Positions 21,530 to 30,348 of a stretch of 30,348 nt of DNA are shown here, one piece after another. The stretch covers positions 1 through 30,348 of the forward strand of contig CAVZRV010000044.1 of the NCBI GenBank assembly GCA_963777605.1, given 5' to 3'. Position 1 is the first letter of the stretch. Every line of letters begins with the position of its first letter. The notes beneath the pieces were generated by a model. The model was not told where the DNA came from, ran no database searches, and saw only the letters and a list, made by a program, of their open reading frames with translations. Position numbers and translations under genes: made by a program. Source of the DNA: an uncultured Acidobacteriota bacterium. GTDB taxonomy: Bacteria; Acidobacteriota; UBA6911; RPQK01; JAPXNP01.

Positions 21530-22971
21530 CAGTGATCTCCTGGCTTGATTTTGGACGTCTCATATTCGACGACGACAATACTGTTGATCGGATCTGGCGC
21601 CTCCTGGGGAACCTCAAACTGGATCGCGCGGCGAAACTCCGCGACCGGCAGGGGAGTGCGGGACTCATCGAGCAGGAGGTAGACCTTTTTGAGGCCGCGT
21701 TCGAATTCGAAGAAGGGATATTGATAAAAGATCTTACCGTCCTTGGGCCACCTGAACACGTGGAGGTAGTCCCGGTCAGGCCGCCGGGTCACCATGTCGA
21801 TATCGGCCTCCCATCTCATGTCCGGCCCCGCTGCGACTCCATAGATTGCCTCACCGTTGGCAGCTGTCCAGCGGCCAACCTCCTTCAGGATTCTCACCGA
21901 TTCGTCGGGAAACCGTCCCTCGGCGGTGGGCCCGACATTGAGCAGGTAATTGCCCCCCTTGCTCGCGATGTCGCAAAGGTTAAAAACGATGGTCCTGGCG
22001 TCCTTCCAGTTGTCGTCGTGACGGTTGTAGCCCCAGTGACCGTTCATGGTCATGCAGACCTCGAAGGCGGTTGCCTGACCTCCCCCCGGGATCTGCTGTT
22101 CCGGAGTGCCGTAGTCCGCGCCGACGCCACCGAAGCGATTGTTTACGAGGCAGTTCGGCTGCAGTTCATGGATCATGGAGACCACGTCCTTTGCCCGCTG
22201 CAGTTCGGCTGGCGACTGGAAGGCGTCCCCGTACCAGTCGAACCAGATAATCCCGACCGGGCCATAGTTGGTGAGCAGTTCCCGGACCTGGCCCTGGAGG
22301 TAGTCCATGTACTTCAGGAAGTCGGCATCGGGATTGGCGAAACCGTGGAAGCCCTCGGGATGCCGCTTGTCCCGCCGGGTGTAGAGTGTCGGATAGTCCG
22401 GATGATGCCAGTCCTGTACCGAATAGTAGAAGCACAGGGTGATGCCCTGTCGGCGGCACTCCTCGGCGAGCTCTTTCATCGGATCCCGGCCGAAGGGCGT
22501 GGCCTCCACAATGTCATAGTCGGTCAACTGGGAGTCGTACATGACGAAGCCTTCGTGGTGCTTGGTCGTGATCACCATGTATTTCATCCCGGCCTGTTTC
22601 GCTACCGACACCCACTCCTTTGCGTCGAAGTCGACCGGGTTGAATTGGCCGGCAAGCTTCTCGTACTCGGCGCCGGGAATACTTTCCTGGAACTGAATCC
22701 ACTCCCCGTGGTTGGTCCGCCCATTCCATTCCCCGGCGGGCAGGGCATAGAGACCCCAGTGAATGAACATCCCGAATCGGGCTTCACGAAACCACTCCAG
22801 GCGATCTTTGTTTCCCAAATTTGCGGGTGATTTCATGGTCGAGCCACCTGGTAGCGGGTCCGTTTTTGCACACGCAGAAGTAAGGGTGAGGAGGGCGAGA
22901 ACGAGAACGGAGAGACCTTGAGTGAGGGAACTTATCGCTGAAACTCCAAGCGATGATCGAACAATCTTCAT
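21529..22971 (-). CDS. Alpha-L-fucosidase (GH29), probable lipoprotein
   Basis: WFREARFGMFIHWGLY, FNP..FDAKEW...AGMKY.VITTKHHEGF, IIWFD, GGNYLLNVGP; LTSAC lipobox; intact 480-aa ORF. Confidence 0.93.
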   Translation of the reverse strand: MKIVRSSLGVSAISSLTQGLSVLVLALLTLTSACAKTDPLPGGSTMKSPANLGNKDRLEWFREARFGMFIHWGLYALPAGEWNGRTNHGEWIQFQESIPGAEYEKLAGQFNPVDFDAKEWVSVAKQAGMKYMVITTKHHEGFVMYDSQLTDYDIVEATPFGRDPMKELAEECRRQGITLCFYYSVQDWHHPDYPTLYTRRDKRHPEGFHGFANPDADFLKYMDYLQGQVRELLTNYGPVGIIWFDWYGDAFQSPAELQRAKDVVSMIHELQPNCLVNNRFGGVGADYGTPEQQIPGGGQATAFEVCMTMNGHWGYNRHDDNWKDARTIVFNLCDIASKGGNYLLNVGPTAEGRFPDESVRILKEVGRWTAANGEAIYGVAAGPDMRWEADIDMVTRRPDRDYLHVFRWPKDGKIFYQYPFFEFERGLKKVYLLLDESRTPLPVAEFRRAIQFEVPQEAPDPINSIVVVEYETSKIKPGDH

Positions 22972-23140
22972 GGCGCCTCCCTGGACAAGGAATTCGTGGG
23001 GTCCAATGCAGGAACCGATTCAATCACGTTCGGTGAGTGTCCGCTACCCTGCGAATCCCCGCAGACTTGCTATGCAGTTGTTCGGCAGACTATCTTGGGC
23101 ACGCTGTTGTTTGCCAACCCCCATCATCAGAGAGGTGTCC

Positions 23141-24843
23141 ATGCACGGGTTTGAGTCCTGGAAACGGTTGATTGCGACGTTGGCTGTAACCTCTTTCGTC
23201 CTGGTTTCCCTGTCTGCCCAGGACGGAGGAACGCGGCGATTCATGATGGGCAAGACCCGGGAAATCGTCTCCACGCCGAATGGCATGGTGGCGACCAGCC
23301 AGCCTTTGGCCGTCATGGTTGGTCTGGACGTCCTGAAGCGAGGGGGCAACGCCATCGATGCAGCAGTAGCCGCGAACGCCATGATCGGGCTTGCGGAACC
23401 CGCCAATTCCGGGATCGGGGGCGATTTGTTCGTGATTTACTGGGATGCCCGATCACAGAAGCTCTACGGACTCAATGCGAGTGGACGCTCGCCCTACGCA
23501 ATCGATGTCGATGCCGTGAAATCGCGGGGCTACACGGCGATTCCGGCTCAGGAGCCGGCGGTTTGGACGGTGCCCGGGTGCGTCGATGGCTGGTCGATGC
23601 TGCTGGAGCGTTTTGGAACCATGGATCTTGGGCAATTGCTGCAGCCTCAATCGGATATGCCGAGAGCGGCTTTCCGATCAGGGGTTGGGACGATCCGGGC
23701 CTGCCGACTACGACATTCCCGGGTTCGCCGACACCTACATGTCGGACGGCCACTTTCCGAAGAACGGCAGTTTCTTCAAAAACCAGGCCCTGGCGGACAC
23801 CTATCGAATGATCGCCCGCGGCGGTCGCGATGCCTTCTACAAAGGTGAAATTGCCGAGCGCATCGTGGAGTTCTCAAAGCGGCACAACGGGTTTCTCAGC
23901 ATGAAAGATTTTGCCGATCAGCACGGACAGTGGGTCGATCCGGTTTCGGTTGACTACCGGGGCTATCAGGTCTGGGAACTTCCTCCCAACGGGCAGGGAA
24001 TCGCCGCGCTCCAGATGCTGAATATTCTCGAGGGGTACGACCTTGCCTCCATGGGATTCAACAGCGCCCAATACCTGCATGTTTTGATCGAGGCCAAAAA
24101 GCTGGCCTTCGCCGACCGCGCCCGCTACTATGCCGACCCGGAATTTGCGAAGATCCCGCTCGATCGCCTGCTCTCCAAGGAGTACGCTGCCGAGCGGCGA
24201 AAGCTGATCCGGCCCGACCGGGTCCTGATGACCGACCCGCCGGGCGACATGCCGGAAGAGCACGATACCATCTTCATGGCGGTTGCCGACAAGGACGGCA
24301 ACATGGTGAGCCTGATTCAAAGCAATTCCTGGGCGTTCGGGTCGGGATGGGTGCCGAACAACCTCGGTTTCGTACTGCAGAATCGGGGTGCGATGTTCAA
24401 CCTCGATCCGGAGCATCCCAACGGGCTCGAGCCGCACAAGCGCCCTTTCCACACCATCATCCCCAGCTTTGTCACCCGGAACGGCCGGCCCTGGCTGAGC
24501 TTCGGGGTGATGGGCGGCAACATGCAGCCTCAAGGCCACGTCCAGGTGCTGGTCAACATGATCGATTTCGGAATGGACATCCAGGAAGCGGGGGACGCCC
24601 CCCGAATCCGTCACATGGGTTCCAGCCAGCCCTGGGGGGAGCGGATGGAACAGGGCGGGTCGGTCGCTACGAGGTCGGCGTGGCCCAGGGAGTCATTCGT
24701 CAGCTCGAGCACCGGGACACCGCACAAACCCGCTGGGAACGCAGCAGTTTTTTGGGGGCTACCAGGCCATCCTCAACGATGGGGAAGGGAACTGGCACGG
24801 AGCGAGCGACCCCAGGCGCGCCGGCTGCGCATTTGGCTACTGA
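23141..24843 (+). CDS. ggt: Gamma-glutamyltransferase, frameshifted
   Basis: GMVATSQPLA...GGNAIDAAVA...SGIGGDLF, ELPPNGQG, HDTIFMAVADKDGNMVSLIQS (nucleophile Thr), KRPFHTIIP, FGVMGG.MQPQGH, ASDPRR.GCAFGY*. Confidence 0.92.
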
Positions 24844-26593
24844 ATACCGGTGCCGGCCAGCGCCTCCTCGATTTTTCGAGCCAGTACTTCGGCTCGGAAT
24901 GGTTTTTCCAGGAAACGGGTATCTTTAGCAAGGGCGGAATCCTTGACTTCCGGGGAACCCGACAGAAAGAGCACTGAAGTTTCCGGGCGGTCCCGACGGA
25001 GTTGGACGAAGATCCAAGCCGCTGATTCCGGGCATCGCGATGTCGGTAAGCAGGAGGTCAATTCGCCCCGGGTATTGCGCGGCTAACCGGAGGGCCTCGC
25101 CGCCATTGGCGGCGGCAAGGACTTCATATCCCCAACGGCCGAGAGACCGTTCGAGGGCCTTTCGAAGGGCGGGGTCATCATCGACCAGCAAGACGGTAGC
25201 CGAACCGGCCGGACAGATTGTTGACCTGGTTCCGCCTATTGTCGCCGTCCAGTGGAAGGAGGATGCGAAATCGAGTCCCGTCGCCGGAAGGCTGTCGAAC
25301 GAAACGTGACCCCCGGCTCCTGTAACGATCGCATAGACAGTGGAAAGCCCCAGTCCGGTGCCGCCCATTTCCGACTTGGTGGTGAAGAATGGTTCAAAAA
25401 TGTGGGGGCGATACTCTTCGGGTATCCCGCTGCCGGTGTCTTTGACTGTGATCTCGGCGAACCTTCCTTCGGCCAGGTTGAGAACCTCGGATTCGGCAGC
25501 GAGACCGCTCTGGTCCGGATCGTGAGGCGCCCCCCTTGGGGCATCGCATCTTTGGCATTGACACAAAGATTCATCAAAACCTGCTCGAGTTGGGATTCGT
25601 CCAAAAGGATGTTTCCCAACTTTGGATCCAGGTCCAGTTCAATCGCGATGCTCTTACCCACCATGGGGGCAAGGAGTTTGTGCAGGTCTTTGATTAACGG
25701 GTTGACCCGGGCCAGAGCTGGACCTTCTTCTTCCGCGCAAACACCAACAACCGGTCCGCCAGTTCGGTGGCCTTGCTGCCGGCCTCGATGATCTGTGGGA
25801 GGGCTTCGGAAATTTCCGGAAACTCCTCTTCGGGGAGGTCAATTCGGACGAGTTCAGTGTGGGCGACGATCACGGTGAGAAGGTTCTTGAAGTCATGGGA
25901 AAGGCCGCCGGCGAGGTGACCGAGGCTTTCCATTTTCTGGGCGTGAATCAGTTCCTGCTGATTGCTTCTCTTCCGTGACATCCCGTCCGGAACCGAAAAT
26001 GGAACCGTCCGGGGCGAGCCGGATCAGCGTCCAGACCAGGGTCCGGTAACTGCCGTCCAGGCAGCGGTATCGGTTCTCCAGACCGGTCACCGGCTGGCCT
26101 TGGGCGACCTGTTCCTCGGCCCCAGCCGTGGCGGGGAGATCGTCGGGGTGGACCAGCTCTCTCCACGGACGGAAGGCAATTTCATCCAGCGGCCAACCGA
26201 GCACGTGCCTCCAGGCTGCATTTAGCTCTCTCAGGGTCCCATCGGATTCCGCGATAAAGAGCAGGTCAGGGGAGTGTTCGAACAGCTGTTCGTGCAGGCT
26301 CTCGGATCTCCTTTGTTCGGAGACCTTCGTTACCAATTCCTCAAGCATTCTCTTGTCCTCGTTCAGTTGATGGTATGCATCATGTGCGTTCTTGATATGG
26401 CGGTGGAACCACAGGGCAAGAACCAGGCAGGTGACCGCGACGTAAACCAGGCCCTTGGTTGTCTGCCAGGCCAAGGATTCTTCTGAGACTCCAAAAAGGA
26501 ATTTCAGACCGTAATCGGAGAGATGATCCAACTCCCGACCAGGCCGACATAGAGCAGCACAAACCAGAGTGTCTTTCGCCCGGGAGTTGTCAT
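24837..26593 (-). CDS. Membrane-anchored PAS hybrid histidine kinase/receiver (CckA-like), frameshifted
   Basis: Two TM segments, PAS (VHPDD...[11 protein letters not shown]), H-box [56 protein letters not shown] and receiver VLLVDDD...[10 protein letters not shown]...KPF. Confidence 0.9.
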
Positions 26594-26696
26594 CCCCGGA
26601 TCTCCCGGAGCATGTCGCTAAATTGAACGTCCATCTTTTCGAAAAACCCTCTGCCTCAATGGCACTTTAACCGAGGAGGCCCCTGAAACGGATGAC

Positions 26697-26748
26697 AATT
26701 CGGTATATCCAAACACGCCGGGCCAGGGGTGTTCGGAATATCCGAACA
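26697..26748. promoter_or_regulatory. Tandem palindromic operator pair A
   Basis: AATTCGGT-ATA-TCCAAACA (26697-26715) and perfect TGTTCGGA-ATA-TCCGAACA (26730-26748). Confidence 0.75.
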
Positions 26749-26824
26749 GGCGGCTGAATTTTCAGCTTTCAAGAGGTTTGGCGATGGGATACACGGATTC
26801 TTCCCGTAGTGTGGTTGCCGGGTA

Positions 26825-26853
26825 TTGACAGCGAGCAAACCCGCCGATAACGT
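26825..26853 (+). promoter_or_regulatory. sigma70 promoter of the XRE regulator
   Basis: TTGACA-17nt-TAACGT, 30 nt before ATG 26884. Confidence 0.7.
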
Positions 26854-26883
26854 TTTTCCTCACAGTGGCACAAGGGGGGAATC

Positions 26884-27462
26884 ATGCTTTCCGGTCAATC
26901 GGTGAACGATTTCGCTAGACAGCGGCTTCGCGGGTTCCGGCTCTCCAAGAACGTTGGAGTTCGAGAAATGGCGGAGCGCGCGGGCTTACCCACGAGTTCC
27001 TATGCGTCGATGGAAGCCGGCGCCTACCGACTGAACCTGGAGTTTTTGTTTCGGGTGCTGGCTGCTCTCGAGGCCGACATCACTGCGGTCTGGCCTTCGG
27101 AGGCGGCAGGAACCCGTGCCGAAGACAGCGAACTACTCTATCAGAGACGACTCCAGGAATTCCGGCTGGGAGAAGTGATCCGACTGTCCCAGGCCGAGGG
27201 CGGTGCGTTGTTCGAGGCCCGCGGCCGGTCCTGCCGGATCGTGATGTACCAGAACCTGAGCGATTTCCTGCTCGATCGATGTCTGGTTCGCCTGGAAAAC
27301 GGGGACCCGCCCAACCAGGGCCTGTGGTGGCACCAGGATTTCCTCGACACCACCTACCACTTCTTCCTCAAGGCGGAAGGGTGCCCGAGCTCCGTGGAGA
27401 AGCTGGTGCAGCACTACCTGGTCAACTGGTGCGCGCTGTTTGCGGATGAATCAGGCGACTAG
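26884..27462 (+). CDS. XRE-family HTH transcriptional regulator with uncharacterised C-terminal domain
   Basis: RLRGFRLSKNVGVREMAERAGLPTSSYASMEAGAYRLNLEFLFRVLAALE; intact 192-aa ORF with RBS. Confidence 0.85.
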   Translation: MLSGQSVNDFARQRLRGFRLSKNVGVREMAERAGLPTSSYASMEAGAYRLNLEFLFRVLAALEADITAVWPSEAAGTRAEDSELLYQRRLQEFRLGEVIRLSQAEGGALFEARGRSCRIVMYQNLSDFLLDRCLVRLENGDPPNQGLWWHQDFLDTTYHFFLKAEGCPSSVEKLVQHYLVNWCALFADESGD

Positions 27463-27856
27463 CGCGCGGACGAACCTGAGTTTCAGTGCGGAGAGCACCC
27501 GGATGTCGTTGAGGCTGGCCGAGAGCTTGCTTTTCAAGGACATCACCGAGTGGTGACGTAGAAGGCGACAATCAGCCGGTAGGACCTCAATCCCAACTCC
27601 CGTGTCCGGATGAGCCCCGGACGTCGGCCCTGAGCGAGCGGGAGTATGTGAAGAGGAACTTTCCTCTGCCCGATTTTGACATCAGGTACTGCGTCTGGGC
27701 GCTTCCAGCATGATCAGGACCACTTCCAGGTTCAGGTTTGCCTCGCTGAGCTTCTCGCGGTCCGACTCCCGGACCTCGATCCGAGCCAGATGGTAGTAGG
27801 CCGCAACCACGGCGACACAGGCGACCAAACCCAGAAGTAGATCTCAATGTAGTCAT
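27451..27856 (-). CDS. Small N-terminally anchored membrane protein, hypothetical, frameshifted
   Basis: Stitched MTT.EIYFWV.LVACVAVVAAYYHLARIEVRESDREKLSEANLNLEVVLIMLEAP.TQYLMSKSGRGKFLFTYSRSLRADVRGLIRTRELGLRSYRLIVAFYV...RFVRALVA*. Confidence 0.55.
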
Positions 27857-28594
27857 CGAATCTCGTCGCCCGGATGGCCTCTCGTAGAGAAGGTGCAGCA
27901 TCAAACGGAAAATCCGCTGCAATCCCAGGTCCAGCGTGCGCTGTCCGCGGACGCGCTCGCCGGGGCGTAGTTCCAAAGGCCGGCTGTGAAGATCAGCAGG
28001 GCCAGGCCGTAGATAGCCGGGACTGCGAACTGGAAGACCTCGAATCCGATCGGTCCTGGAAATAGCGAACAAAATTCAACGACTGGCAGGTGACCATCAG
28101 CGTCATCCCGCCAGTATGGCCTTGAGGTCTTTCCCGGGTCGATGTCCCGTCGTCCAGCAGGTAGAGGTAGATCAGCAGGGTCAGGACCATTTCAAAAACC
28201 AGGCTGACCGCCTGAACCCGGTCTAGCCGAAGACTGTAGGAAACCGATGAAAACGAACACGGGAAGCCCGACCAGGATCGAGAGCGCCGCGCGCACATTG
28301 GTTACGTGGGGCGCCTGCTGCCGGGTCCGGAAATTGCGGCGGGCCAGGTCGATCAGTACCCAAATCTGTAACGCCGGAGCCAGGGTCGAGTAGGTGTAGT
28401 AGTGAATCGGTACGCCGTCGAAATCAACCCAATTGGAGGATGATCCACTCGGACACCAGGGTCGCGATAGTCTCAAAGACCAGATAGCCGAAAAAGACCC
28501 GGTAATCCGAAATCAATCCTTTGCTCACCATCCGAAGAACCAAAACCAGCAACAGTAGCGTGTTGAACAACATGGGGATTTCAGACAACGTCAT
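27853..28594 (-). CDS. Polytopic (about 7 TM) hypothetical membrane protein, frameshifted
   Basis: Stitched MTLSEIPMLFNTLLLLVLVLRMVSKGLISDYRVFFGYLVFETIATLV...YYTYSTLAPALQIWVLIDL...ALSILVGLPVFVFIGF...VSLVFEMVLTLLIYLYL...ILAGMTLMVTCQSL...FAVPAIYGLALLIFTAGLWNY. Confidence 0.7.
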
Positions 28595-28652
28595 CCCCTG
28601 AAGTCTATTCGCGATCTCAAGGGTAGATCAAGAAATCCCTTTTCGTCACCTC

Positions 28653-28706
28653 TTTTCGGACATTCCGAACACCTGGGAAGCCAAAAGTGTTCGGACCTTC
28701 TGAAAA
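28653..28706. promoter_or_regulatory. Tandem palindromic operator pair B, same motif as pair A
   Basis: TTTTCGGA-CAT-TCCGAACA (28653-28671) and TGTTCGGA-CCT-TCTGAAAA (28688-28706). Confidence 0.75.
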
Positions 28707-28773
28707 TTTTTGGTCCCAAGCGTGGGCCGGGTCTAGTCTGCGCGGGTCCGATGGACAGAAAGGGAGTGTGGAG

Positions 28774-28941
28774 ATGGTTGAATGGATTTTGATTGCGACT
28801 TTGACGGCCATGTCGTTTGTAGCACTGACAGACACGCAGACCGGTTCTGGAACAGAGGGCCAGGACCCAACCGTTCAGACCGAGGACTGCTGTCCGACGC
28901 CGCCTCCGCCTCCCCCTCCACCGCCGAATACTAGAGGATGA
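28774..28941 (+). CDS. 55-aa secreted or anchored peptide with Cys-Cys and poly-Pro tail
   Basis: AAAGGGAG RBS; MVEWILIATLTAMSFVALTDTQTGSGTEGQDPTVQTEDCCPTPPPPPPPPPNTRG*. The Pro run uses mixed codons (ccg/cct/ccc/cca), which points to protein-level selection. Confidence 0.7.
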   Translation: MVEWILIATLTAMSFVALTDTQTGSGTEGQDPTVQTEDCCPTPPPPPPPPPNTRG

Positions 28942-29225
28942 CGGCGGTCAACAATTCGGAGCAGACTGTTGCGCAGTGCAGGACGCGGACTTCCCCTTAG
29001 AAGGGGCAGGGCCGGTGGTGGGAACGTAGACCCCTGAGCCGGCGATGCCCCCCACCTGCCGATCACGCGAAGGAGTCCGCGATGCTGGGCATTGGCCAAA
29101 GGGAGTGTTGACCGCTCCGTTTTGGTTCTGAACACCAACTGATCGCCGTGTTCAGTTCACTCGTCGCCGTCTCACTCCTGGGTTGAATCTCACATTCTAC
29201 CTCAGCCTCGGCATTCTTAGATCTG

Positions 29226-30345
29226 GTGGAAGGATATTCGAGCGATACGACCTTGGCACAGTTCAAACGGCTTACTTGCCCAGCGTTCGTTTCTGGGGCG
29301 TTCGCCCTGGCGGTCCGCAGGCTTGGCAGCACTCCGATTGCCTCGATCGGTCAGAGGAGTCCCCAAGAGCAACAGCACCTTCACCCTCTTTCGGACGGCG
29401 GAAATTCATCATTCAGGCGACGGATTTGGCCAGATGGGACTTGCCCCAGCGAAGGCGCGTGCCGACAGGTCGAACACGATTGCTACGCATCGCGACCCAG
29501 CGGAGAGTCTGGCTTCTCTCGGCACTGAGAAGGGCAAGGTTTCAGGCGGATTGTGCCCGGTTCGGCCTGGACGTCGACACTCGCTCCACTCCTATTCCAC
29601 GCTTCTGCCCCGGGACCGTTTCACGAAGGACCCGTGAATGTTCCGGATGGACCAGGAGCGGAGCGGGCCCCGGATTCCAACTTTATCGTTAGTTCGATTC
29701 GTGCCCTTCGGATTGTCAGCGAAAATGCGGTGAAGTCGTCGCAGGTGCTCCGCGGGTCGACCACGGCGGGTTTCCTCTACATTTCAGGAGTCACGCCGAG
29801 GATCTGTTCTTGACCGAGAATGCCGCGTTTATCGCCCAGTGACCAGACCCTGATGGTCCGGAAACCGATGGTCAAGGCGTTTCAGCGTGAGAACCCAACC
29901 GCAACCGTCAGCCATCCGGCATACGTTCACACCCTGGCTCCGCCTCGCCAGGTGAAGCCGGATCCGGGAGTCTTCCTGGAGTGGGCTCCGATCACACGAA
30001 CCCACGATCGGCCCTATACGGATCGCAGTGCAAAGGACGGCGAACATGGCCGGCTGGTGGACCAGCTTCATGCCAATCTTGGAGTTCTTCGGTTCAGAGG
30101 GCGCCCAGGTTTTCGAGTACTGGTTTGATTCTTACCGGGCCAGTGGCTGGAAGACGAAGGAGGAGAGATGGGTTCGGGCTCCATGGAATCCCGAGGTGCT
30201 ACACGAAGACCTGGAATTCCTCAAGAAGGTCGGAATCCGGAATATCACTTCGGTCACCTGTTGGGTGAACCAGGATTACATCGATCGGTTCGGAGAACCG
30301 CCACTGTCCGACTACGGCCGGGAGCTGTTGAGCTGGAAAATGTGA
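29226..30345 (+). CDS. DUF4838-like protein, heavily frameshifted, start approximate
   Basis: Cross-frame NTIATH...GLDV..SLH..STLLPRD.F.KDP.MFRM...LSPSDQ...AYVHTLAPP.QVKP.PGVFLEWAPI...ANL.FF...AQVFEYWFD...GIRNITS...DYIDRFGEPP. Confidence 0.6.
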
Positions 30346-30348
30346 ACG

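Noticed and set aside
21532-22830. Long antisense ORFs (this one, 5171..6574, 12142..12912, 23874..24614)
   Set aside because: Shadow frames of real genes in GC-rich DNA, with no recognisable motifs.
26697-28706. Repeated palindromes as a CRISPR array or transposon ends
   Set aside because: Only two degenerate copies per site with 14-16 nt gaps, and no cas, transposase or target-site duplication.

Overview
GC-rich bacterial DNA, probably from an anaerobic or facultative Acidobacteriota-like organism (inferred from protein families, not tested). Most long genes are split by 1-nt frameshifts, which looks like uncorrected long-read error, so I rebuilt genes by hand across frames and family calls come from recalled motifs, not searches. 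In order: a partial hypothetical gene; a TonB-dependent receptor with a CQNC plug motif; a secreted octaheme c-type cytochrome with a C-terminal non-heme domain; an Orange-protein (ORP)-like operon (two NifB/NifX-family proteins, DUF5320, TrmO, two ferredoxin-MinD ATPases, a radical-SAM remnant, PaaI thioesterase) between two PAS/sigma54 activators; a nucleotidyltransferase; degraded CooC-like ATPase, USP and ArsP_2-type permease genes; an atypical thioredoxin divergent from a third NifB/NifX gene; Tat alkaline phosphatase; a vapBC module between two gene remnants; GH29 fucosidase; gamma-glutamyltransferase; a hybrid histidine kinase; an XRE regulator; and a DUF4838-like gene. The best candidate for an undescribed system is 26.7-28.9 kb: a small secreted Cys-Cys/poly-Pro peptide divergent from a multi-TM plus single-TM membrane pair and next to an XRE regulator, with tandem TGTTCGGA-N3-TCCGAACA palindromes in both promoter regions.
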